Origin: Trichomonas gallinae
Taxonomy: Eukaryota
Direction of reading: 5' to 3'
Assembly (NCBI GenBank): GCA_008369845.1
Contig: MRSU01010809.1
Span: 1 to 38,590, forward strand
Length of the DNA: 38,590 nucleotides
Shown here piece after piece: positions 21,332-30,120 of this stretch (the stretch's first letter is position 1; each line of letters starts with the position of its first letter). The translations under genes and the position numbers were made by a program. The notes beneath the pieces were generated by a model. It did no database searches, had not been told where the DNA came from, and worked only from the letters and a program-made list of their open reading frames with translations.

Positions 21332-22278
21332 TTTTTAATTTTTTTCTCTTTTTTTCATTTTTTTTTATCGTCTTTCCGAAATCACTTCAACATCTTATTT
21401 TGATCATATTTGAGCATTGCATTTACATATAGTGTCTATAATGGACTTGTTTCTTAGTGAAGCAATTCTAGAAATTGATTATTTATAATCTCAAAATATT
21501 ATTTTTGAACTATATGCTGGATAATTCTGAGATATAATAATATAACCTGTAAAAATGCAATATTTTTGTGCATGATAAACTTTTGCATTTCAAAAATATA
21601 TTTCAAATTAATATGCATATTATTAGCTATTTGAGTATTGCATATTCATATACTAATTGTGATGGACTAATTGCATAACAAAACATTTATAAAAAAATGA
21701 TTATATTAAGATCAAAATATTAATTATGAATTTAAGCATGATTAATGGAAGATATGCTATGTCTGGCTTTTATATTTGAAATTTTAACTTAAATAAATAA
21801 CTATAGCTTAATAAACAAATTGCTTAACCAATATTCCAGAATTTCATATGCGTTATACGCAATATAACATAATAATTCATAATTAATAATCTTATATATA
21901 ATATTGAACACAATGTAATCAAATGAATTTGTTAGTAAATTTATTGATTTAGTAATTGATGATAAATTTTTGACTTTTGACGTTTTAGTAACATAGATTA
22001 GATTAAGTTATCCAAAATATAGAATTTTATAATAGCATACAATGCGTATCATGAAAGAAAAATGTTGAATAAAATTGTTTGCATCAAATGAAGCCAAGAA
22101 TGAAAAATTAGACTTATGTAGTTGCCTACTTTAATATTCTCAATGATTGAGTACATAAAACAATAAAATATGTTTTTGAAATTTTGGAAAAAGTAAAATT
22201 CGCTTATTTTATTGAATAATATGCGAAGGTTTAACCATTAAAATTATAAACGAAAGAAAAAAAAAACTAAAAAAAAAA

Positions 22279-23343
22279 ATGGAGAAGTTAAAAATTGATA
22301 TCTTAACATACATCAATTCTTTGCGTCCAGAATTGCCACTGCTCGGCATATCTGCCACTCTTACGGCCCTTTCTGAACGAAATCTGCAACTTTTCCTGAG
22401 TAACAGCAAGAAAAGATTTAAATGTCCGAAGACCATTCATGAATATGATCATTTCTTTATCGATATATCATCAAAACCGAATGAAATGCTCAATACTCTC
22501 ATAGAAGAGTTCCAAATAATTTTCGATAAGCGAAGTTTAAATATACATGACGAAAATGTTAGAGAAATCGGATTCTGCATAGATGTTTCGGATGGTAGAG
22601 ATGCTGAAGGCAATGCAGAAAAGAAAATTCGTGGTTTCTTCTATTTTGCAACTTCAAGGCAAAATCCAAAAAAAGTGAATCAATTCAAGAGAATTATACG
22701 CGAAGACTACAGAATGCTCATGGAATGGGATAATCCAGGCGAATTCAAGAAAGATGCAGACAATAAAGGCAAAATTGCAAATAACGATGATGATGACGAT
22801 TTCTCAGATTTGGTTTCTACAAAGAGACCAGTTGCTGCATCTCAGCCGCTAGTCAATCTAAACAAACTTAAATCTTTACAAGACAATGAAGATGACAGCG
22901 ATGACTTCATCGACTTGCCAAAATCAAAAGGAAACACCAGCCAAAAGCAAACATTACAGCTTCCACATATAAATATGAGTTTACCTCCGAATTTACCTAT
23001 AAAGCCAAGATCACCGAAAATTCCGACGAAATCAGACAGTTTTCCACAGGTCAACAGGCCAGGCATGAACCAGAGGCCGTCAATAATAAACAATAAAGAA
23101 GGGATAAGAGGATCTGAGATTGATTTTGATTTCTTGAATGATCCGGACTATGTTCCAAACTCTAAACCAGTCGCCAGCTCCCCTCAAAGTATCAGAAAAG
23201 GCAGCATGCGTGTAACAAGAAAGTCGAAATTCCACACATTAGAACTTAATTCTTCATTCCTTGCAAAATCTGGTTTGTCACGCTCACAGACTAAGCTTAT
23301 TTCGCTGAAAGAAGACGATAATGATGATTTTAATTATAGCTAA
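22279..23343 (+). CDS. Hypothetical protein: ~150-aa folded N-terminus plus low-complexity tail with repeated acidic-Phe motifs
   Basis: 354-aa ORF preceded by an A-run and ending in TAAA; motifs DDDDDFSDL, DDSDDFIDL, DFDFLND, DDNDDFNY. Confidence 0.75.
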   Translation: MEKLKIDILTYINSLRPELPLLGISATLTALSERNLQLFLSNSKKRFKCPKTIHEYDHFFIDISSKPNEMLNTLIEEFQIIFDKRSLNIHDENVREIGFCIDVSDGRDAEGNAEKKIRGFFYFATSRQNPKKVNQFKRIIREDYRMLMEWDNPGEFKKDADNKGKIANNDDDDDFSDLVSTKRPVAASQPLVNLNKLKSLQDNEDDSDDFIDLPKSKGNTSQKQTLQLPHINMSLPPNLPIKPRSPKIPTKSDSFPQVNRPGMNQRPSIINNKEGIRGSEIDFDFLNDPDYVPNSKPVASSPQSIRKGSMRVTRKSKFHTLELNSSFLAKSGLSRSQTKLISLKEDDNDDFNYS

Positions 23344-23787
23344 ATTTTATTATTTTGCGTTGTTTGTTAAATAAAAATATTATCTTATCTTTTCATACAA
23401 CTTGAGCTTAATCAATATATCTATACGATATCATTTAATCATTTCAAGAAACCAAAATTCAAAATACATTTTGCCTTATTTTTGCATTTTATTCTATTTT
23501 AACCATAAAATCTAATTCATAATAATTTATACATCAAACACCAATAGTAACATAGCACATATTAATAAATATAATTTTTGATTCAAATTTTTTATTTTAT
23601 TTCTTTTCATTTTTATGAAATAGACAATTTACATCCTTCTCTATCAAATAAATCATTCCATTTTTCATATATTTATTTATCAAATTTAAAAAAAAATTAA
23701 TGATATCAATATAAATTATGGGATAATTTTTAAATAATGAGTGAATAAATTATTTTATTAAGAATAATCCGCAAATTATTAATTATC

Positions 23788-26700
23788 TTAGTTCAAATAC
23801 TTTCCGAGATTCTCGTAAAGTTGATCATATTGTATCTTAGCAGCCTCGAAAGCCTTTGCGAATGTCGGATTCGTGAGATCAGCCTGTTGCCTGATGTCCT
23901 CAATTCTCCTATTGACGACCTCAAGCAACTGTTTCAAGACATTTCTAAACTCTTCGACGTTCCTCTTCTGCTGCGGGTTCAGTCTGACATATGTATCCTT
24001 CAAATACTGGTTGGCAGCCTCAACGATGCCTCTCTTACCAATTGCTCCGATTGTTCCGTTCAAATGCAACAAATCGAGGTTGATGTCTCTAGATGTTGTG
24101 TTTTCGTCGCTGACGAGTTTCATGATTTCCTTGATGGCCTGAAGGCAGACGGCTTCGAGCGGCGAAACATCTTTCGTGATGTTCTTAGTGATGACCATTC
24201 TCGACGCGATGTTCGGGAAGCATTGCTCTGTGTGATGGAACTCCATCGTAAATTTCGTGTCAGATATCTTCTGGAGATCGGCCTTGAATATGCATGGAGA
24301 CTTGTTGACTTCCCACTTTTGAATGAACTCTGGCTTTCCTGATTCAGATCTATAAAGAACATCCTTTTCTTCATTCTCTGATGCAGGGAAGACTGTTTCG
24401 ATCTGTATGACCATTCTTCCGTTGCTGGAGTTGATGAGAGATGACCTGTCCATGACGACAGCGTCTGGGAACATCTGCTTCATCTCGTTCGAAAACTCGG
24501 TGTAAGGTACTGTAGATTGACGCCTGTATATATAAGTCTTTCCTGACTCCTCGAACTTGTGGTTGGAAGAGAATTTAACTCTGTAGAACTTGGAGTAGTT
24601 TCTCTGTCCGGAAATGATGTTCTTGTAGACTTGAGCTTCAAGATCATATATTTCAGGCAGCAACTCAAAATGCCTGAATTTCTTGACGATCTTTTCTCTG
24701 AAATCTTTCAAAATATCTAAAGCATATTCGTCCTGTGACTCCTCCAGGTACAAGCTAACCATCTTCTTAAGGAGTTCTACCCATAACGTTCTGCCGTTTT
24801 TAGCTTGGGCGACAGGAATGTTGACTTTAACATCGTTGTCGATCGGAAACTCGTCGAGGATCTGCCTTAATGTGTAAGCTTGCTCCAATTTCATCTTGTA
24901 GTTCTCGTGGATAGTTGCGATTTGGCATAAGTTGCTGACAGTTATTTCGCGAGATTTCAATTCTTTGCCGAGTTTTGCCAAATTGTTATACGCTTCGACT
25001 AAGAGATGCTGGTTCTTCTTGTTGTTTGGCAGTCTGGCGTTTCTTACTCCGTGGACGCATTGAAGGCATCTCTGGCAAAGGGACTCGTGCTCCTTCTTTG
25101 ACGCAGTGAATATCTTGGTGAGGTTTGTGAAATGTGGAAGGTTCGCGTATTGTTTAAAGACAGGGAATAGCATGAAGAAGATTTCCTCGAATTTCGTGCC
25201 TTGCGCGAATAATGAATCAATGATGTAGAAAAACATGGTTCTAAGGCTTTCCGATTCATAGTATGTGTACGCGTGGATGATTTCGCCGAACAATGATGGA
25301 GATGTGGCTTCATTTGTTGGTAATTCCATGTACAAGTCAGTCAAAACGTCGAATCTTGCACCAACATCATATGTCTTGCGCTGGATTTGCAAATCGAGAG
25401 GAATACCAGCAGGTGTGGCTGCATAACAAGCAGCTGTTAAGCAAGTCTTGAAAATATCCATCTTTGTGTCCGAATCTTTGCCTTTAGCTCTCATTCTCTG
25501 CGCTAACTTCATCTTGTTTTCTTGAATAATGAAAATAGTCAAGAATAATTTTAATGTTGGTTCAACAACTGGGCTCGAAAGGAATCTAAATGCACTCTCT
25601 ATGGAAACTAACTTCGGGAATTGATTGATAAGAGCAGCAATGAAATAGCAAATTTCCATCTTATTATTAGATTCGAAGTTTCTAAGGATAATATCAAAGA
25701 AATTAAGTGCGAATGTATTGCGAGAAGTGAAGAAAATGTTTGCTAAAGCATCAATAACTTTGAGTTCAAGTTTCGGATCTGAATTTGCTATAATTGCAAT
25801 ATCACGCTTAAATTCTGGAAGCCATGTGTTGCTAATGACATCATCATTCCAAAACTGGCATGATGAAAGTCCAGAAAGAAGAGTAATCTTTGATTCTAAT
25901 AAATCTGGCGAAGAATCTTTATCAGCTTTGCCGCCAGCGTTGTAGACATCTAAGAACATCTGCGCGATTTGTTGCGATGTGTAGATTGGAGTCAAAGCTA
26001 AAACGATTTTAGAAGCATTTGTTACGATAATTGTCTTCTTACTTTCTGGAAAATCTGTTTCCGTGACAACTGTTGCCATGCGCTTGATAATTGGATCAAC
26101 GCAAGAAGTAAAGAAGGCTTTAATGCCATTCTTGCAGATTATAAATAATTTTGTGCATAATTCAACAAGGAAATGTGTTGAAAGGAGAGCTGGAATATAG
26201 TTAGCATCACCCTTCTTATCTTGAGCGATTGCTTTGGATAATTCTGATAAAATCGATTTAAATACTTCTTTAAGTGCGTCGCCTTGTAATCTCATATTAG
26301 AAGTAATTTCTGTGTCGATATAGTCGAATAAAACGCCTGAATAATGTTCGTATTTGTTATCTGAAAAAACTTTGTAGCAGCAGTTCAATAAAGCTTCAAG
26401 TGCAGCTGGACTATCATTGCTCTTCGATGCAATAATCGTGATTAAACGAGTAAAAAGACGCCTTGTGAAAGGAATCCAGTCATGAATCTTAAGAACTTGA
26501 ATTGCTTTGAGATTTGCTGAAATATTTGGAGTCTCGTTCGTGCTGATAATTGTGCTGATATCACGGTTAGTCGCTAAGCGATCAGATGTTGTAGAGATAT
26601 TTATCGAAACTGATCCAAGTTGTTTCGGAGACTTTGAAGCGTCTAAGATGAAGTCCTTCGGATCTGGTGAATTTCCTTTGTAAGATAAAGCGAAAATTGG

Positions 26701-28182
26701 ATACTTTCCGTCACCTCCGATTTGGAATTCGCCTTTTTCGTTAGTAACTTTGATTACTGTTTGTCCGAAAGCCGAGAGTGACTTGCCAAGATGTCCTGTG
26801 CGTAAGAATTCGATGCAAATGTAGATGTTATTTAAGAATTTTTCGTAATTTGAAATATCGATCGAACACATTTCATCAAGAGTAAGTTCTTTCTGTCCTT
26901 TGATGACTAAGCTTGTCCATTCCCTGTCAGAATAAGCTGTTGATTGATCGATTTGGATAAGTTTTGGCATAACAGGTAGAAATTCGTTCTTTGCAGCATC
27001 GAGTATTCTAATAGTGAATTTGAAAGCATTTCTGCTCGCGTCTTGTTCGACGTTGATAAATCTGAAAGTCATAGACGAATCATTGAATCCTAGCGGTACA
27101 ATACTTGGATTCTTGTAAGGAGCGACGATAAACTGGTTCTTCTTTGGATTAGATTTCATCATATCATATTGTCCGATATAAGCTGTACATACTACATTGA
27201 AAGCTATTGAGTCTTCTTGTAAGTTTTGGATGCCATTGATGACGGACGCGAAGAGGTTAGGCTGATAATCTTGTCCATATGCGTATGAACCGCCCGATAA
27301 AGAAAATGATTTTTCGTAAGGGTTTTGTCTGAATTTGAGTTGCAAAATTGCGCAGCATCTTGGAGTTCTTGTCTCTGGCTGATCTTTTGTCGCTGCTTTA
27401 AGATGATCGACGAAAATAACTAAATATAAAGGAGAATTGAATATTTGTTCTTCAAGTTGGTTAAACTGGAGTTCTATCTCCGTTTTATCTGGTGTCAAGA
27501 GAGTCGAAAACTGTCTGGAAGCAAATGGATAATAATATTGATTTGCAGACCAGAGAACGAAGCGGAATAACTGCGGTTGAAGTAAGTTCTTGACGTTAAC
27601 TCGTGTTGTAATCATGACGTGTTCTGTGGATTTAGCTTTGTGCTGAGGAATTAAAGCGAATCGAGATAAATAATGCTCAAGTCCCCAAGAAGATACAGTG
27701 ATTGGCGAGTAGTTGCCGCACCTAAAGGTGTCTGGAAGGCCAAGGCAATCGCGTATTGTCTTAATCTTCAAACCTAATGATGTATGACTAAATTCTGTTA
27801 AACTTGCTTTTGTTCTATCTTCGAATGTTTCAAATATGTGAATTACATCCTGTATGGCGTCAAATATCTGCATAGCATATGTTGCTGGGAGCGTTTGGTA
27901 TTGCTGTAAAGCGACATTTAGTGTTAAGTATGCATCGTAAATCAAAAGATCTTCAGGCATTGCCAGGTACTCCTGGTTTTCGATTTTAGGCATTTTGATG
28001 AAATTGGATACAGCTTTCGGGAATATTCCAGACTTTTGCGTTAATAAATTTGTTCCAAGCAACCAATCGTTAGTTTCTTCGAATACTTCGATGGGGTCAC
28101 CCGCTAGGACTGTCATTTGCTTCGGTCCATTCGATATATAAGTGTTCCGTATGACGGCAACACCGTGAGTCTGCTTCCACAT
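23788..28182 (-). CDS. Divergent SH3-containing DOCK-family (DHR1/DHR2) Rho-GEF-like protein
   Basis: N-terminal SH3 (GDPIEVFEETNDWLLG..GIFPKAV), C2-like middle, helical region, and DHR2-like C-terminus (FYRVKF, KTYIYR, FPDA, IQIETVFP, FPNIASR, SPLEA, LNGTI). Likely start is ATG 28182; the frame is open to 28254. Confidence 0.8.
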   Translation of the reverse strand: MWKQTHGVAVIRNTYISNGPKQMTVLAGDPIEVFEETNDWLLGTNLLTQKSGIFPKAVSNFIKMPKIENQEYLAMPEDLLIYDAYLTLNVALQQYQTLPATYAMQIFDAIQDVIHIFETFEDRTKASLTEFSHTSLGLKIKTIRDCLGLPDTFRCGNYSPITVSSWGLEHYLSRFALIPQHKAKSTEHVMITTRVNVKNLLQPQLFRFVLWSANQYYYPFASRQFSTLLTPDKTEIELQFNQLEEQIFNSPLYLVIFVDHLKAATKDQPETRTPRCCAILQLKFRQNPYEKSFSLSGGSYAYGQDYQPNLFASVINGIQNLQEDSIAFNVVCTAYIGQYDMMKSNPKKNQFIVAPYKNPSIVPLGFNDSSMTFRFINVEQDASRNAFKFTIRILDAAKNEFLPVMPKLIQIDQSTAYSDREWTSLVIKGQKELTLDEMCSIDISNYEKFLNNIYICIEFLRTGHLGKSLSAFGQTVIKVTNEKGEFQIGGDGKYPIFALSYKGNSPDPKDFILDASKSPKQLGSVSINISTTSDRLATNRDISTIISTNETPNISANLKAIQVLKIHDWIPFTRRLFTRLITIIASKSNDSPAALEALLNCCYKVFSDNKYEHYSGVLFDYIDTEITSNMRLQGDALKEVFKSILSELSKAIAQDKKGDANYIPALLSTHFLVELCTKLFIICKNGIKAFFTSCVDPIIKRMATVVTETDFPESKKTIIVTNASKIVLALTPIYTSQQIAQMFLDVYNAGGKADKDSSPDLLESKITLLSGLSSCQFWNDDVISNTWLPEFKRDIAIIANSDPKLELKVIDALANIFFTSRNTFALNFFDIILRNFESNNKMEICYFIAALINQFPKLVSIESAFRFLSSPVVEPTLKLFLTIFIIQENKMKLAQRMRAKGKDSDTKMDIFKTCLTAACYAATPAGIPLDLQIQRKTYDVGARFDVLTDLYMELPTNEATSPSLFGEIIHAYTYYESESLRTMFFYIIDSLFAQGTKFEEIFFMLFPVFKQYANLPHFTNLTKIFTASKKEHESLCQRCLQCVHGVRNARLPNNKKNQHLLVEAYNNLAKLGKELKSREITVSNLCQIATIHENYKMKLEQAYTLRQILDEFPIDNDVKVNIPVAQAKNGRTLWVELLKKMVSLYLEESQDEYALDILKDFREKIVKKFRHFELLPEIYDLEAQVYKNIISGQRNYSKFYRVKFSSNHKFEESGKTYIYRRQSTVPYTEFSNEMKQMFPDAVVMDRSSLINSSNGRMVIQIETVFPASENEEKDVLYRSESGKPEFIQKWEVNKSPCIFKADLQKISDTKFTMEFHHTEQCFPNIASRMVITKNITKDVSPLEAVCLQAIKEIMKLVSDENTTSRDINLDLLHLNGTIGAIGKRGIVEAANQYLKDTYVRLNPQQKRNVEEFRNVLKQLLEVVNRRIEDIRQQADLTNPTFAKAFEAAKIQYDQLYENLGKYLN

Positions 28183-28361
28183 TGATTTCACTTTTTTTTT
28201 ACAAAAATTTTTTATGTTTTGTTTTTTGAACTTTGTATATGTTGTCTCTTTCATTTATACGAAATTCATTGTCACGTTTTATTAATGTCATTTTTGAGGA
28301 TTTTTGACAATAAAATTAAAAATACAACAAAATAACATATTTATTTGATGTTTTATTATTT

Positions 28362-28892
28362 TGTCACTTTTATTATGGTTAAAAATTTGTCAAATGAAGT
28401 AAAAATTAAAATGTCACTTTTTCAAATAAGATTTTCGCATATTTCTTTGAAATTCTTTCGTTTTGATAGTGTAGCTGTGGTATGGTATGTAGATACCATG
28501 TTTGATATTTGATTGGTGTTGTTCTATTCCATTTTTTTGAAAACAAAGTTGATCCGATTATTTGTGTACATAATAAGGTTAATATATCAATTGTATCAGC
28601 TGAATGATCAAACTGATGATAGAGATGATAAATTCGCGGCTATCACATCTCATGCACCTCTCAAACGCTTTCCAAATTTATTGGTTTTATCTTGGAAAAT
28701 CAAAACTACTTTCCAATTTCATTCTAAAATTATCGTCATTACACCTTCTCATGTCACTTTTCTTCTGCACTTTTAGTATCAAAGCATTGTCACTTTTGGT
28801 TCCGAGGGATTGTCACTTTTGATTTTAAGATATTGTCACTTTTAGTTCATTGTCACTTTTCTTGACTAATGTCACTTTTGTCGACACTTTTT
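28362..28892 (+). promoter_or_regulatory. Co-oriented array of TGTCACTTTT motifs in the divergent DOCK/CID intergenic region
   Basis: Exact 10-mers start at 28362, 28412, 28752, 28788, 28811, 28834, 28851 and 28870; variants near 28270, 28286, 28766 and 28883. Each contains the Inr-like TCACT. Confidence 0.8.
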
Positions 28893-28899
28893 CCAAAAA

Positions 28900-29607
28900 A
28901 TGTATGGTGTTCCCAAAACAATACAAACATCAGACCTGTTTGGAATTTACAGGAACAGAGTTAAAAGTTTAGATACATCGCAAATTATGATCACTAATTT
29001 TACCTCATATGTCTTCACCAATGAGAAATATCTCGATACATTAACTGCTGCATTCAAAGACGTTCTTTCTGAGGACAACAACTACTTAAAGTACTTGTAT
29101 ATCCTAAACGATATCCTACAAAACTCAAAAACCCAGAATTTAACAGTGTTCAGAACATTTTCTCCATTATTCGAAAGTGTGATCATCAAAATTGCAAAAT
29201 CAAAGGACCGTGGCTTGATTAGTGAAGCACAGAATGTTATTCATGTCCTTGAAAATCGCAATATTTTCACTCCTCAACAATGCATCAGATACAATGTTGA
29301 AGTTACGCTCAGCCAAGACGAAAATGATGAGAAACTTACCAGTTTCTTGCAGCTCTGTGACAGAGCCGCTGAATTAGCTGAAGATTATCAAAATTTGATT
29401 CAAAATGAAGAAGATAAGCAAGAAATCATAAAGAATCTTAATGAGCAGAAAACAGTCCTTCAGAAGATAAATGAATTCCATTCAGAAAGCATGAAACGCC
29501 ATGTTAAGCAAATGAGCGAATGCGATAAATACATCAAATACCTTAATTCTGGTGAGCACTTCAGAAGAATTCCAAGGCAAGAAGACTACATTGGTAGATT
29601 AATTTAA
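28900..29607 (+). CDS. CTD-interacting domain (CID) protein, RPRD1/Rtt103-like, with C-terminal coiled coil
   Basis: SLDTSQIMI, LKYLYILNDILQNSK (cf. RPRD1 LYLANDVIQNSK), VIHVLENRNIF (cf. IWxERxVY); heptad-rich C-terminal half. Confidence 0.78.
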   Translation: MYGVPKTIQTSDLFGIYRNRVKSLDTSQIMITNFTSYVFTNEKYLDTLTAAFKDVLSEDNNYLKYLYILNDILQNSKTQNLTVFRTFSPLFESVIIKIAKSKDRGLISEAQNVIHVLENRNIFTPQQCIRYNVEVTLSQDENDEKLTSFLQLCDRAAELAEDYQNLIQNEEDKQEIIKNLNEQKTVLQKINEFHSESMKRHVKQMSECDKYIKYLNSGEHFRRIPRQEDYIGRLI

Positions 29608-30120
29608 TTTATTATTTTTTGTTGTAAATTTATTATATTATTATATATATTATATACTACAGTTAAAACTAGTAAAATGTTTGTATTCAATATTTGTATT
29701 TTTTCTTTTCTTCTATATTATATTACTTCGTTATTATTACAATGCTTCAGATAAAAATGATGATGACTTTTTGCTTCCAAATGATTACATTAACAACCGA
29801 ATCTGCATCAAATTATGCTACATGGTGAGAACATCTATAAGTGTGCCGTCTTTAATCAATTCAGGAATGAAATCAGCATAGTCAAGAACTCATTTTTTAT
29901 TTTAATTTAAATGATGCTGGGAAATTCAAACGTTAAAACAGTCTTAATTCTTTATGATTTCGTATTGTTATAAGGATGCTTATAATATTATTGAGATTGA
30001 AATGGTGGCTATTTACTTTAGATAAGATGTTAGGTTGATAATAAGAAAAAAGTATAAATATATAAACTGTTTACAGTTGATTGAATTATTAAAATCAAGT
30101 AACAAACAAAAATATTATGA

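Noticed and set aside
23821..24342. 173-aa antisense ORF within the DOCK-like gene, and similar short shadow ORFs inside other genes
   Set aside because: Explained by codon bias of the sense gene; no recognisable motifs, and many begin at non-ATG codons.
28752..28892. CRISPR-like repeat/spacer appearance of the TGTCACTTTT array
   Set aside because: The repeat is only 10 nt, spacers are 7-26 nt and irregular, there are no cas genes, and the context is eukaryotic.
29681..29895. Short ORF and coding-like patch between the CID and LRR genes
   Set aside because: TTG start, stops on the opposite strand, and no recognisable homology.
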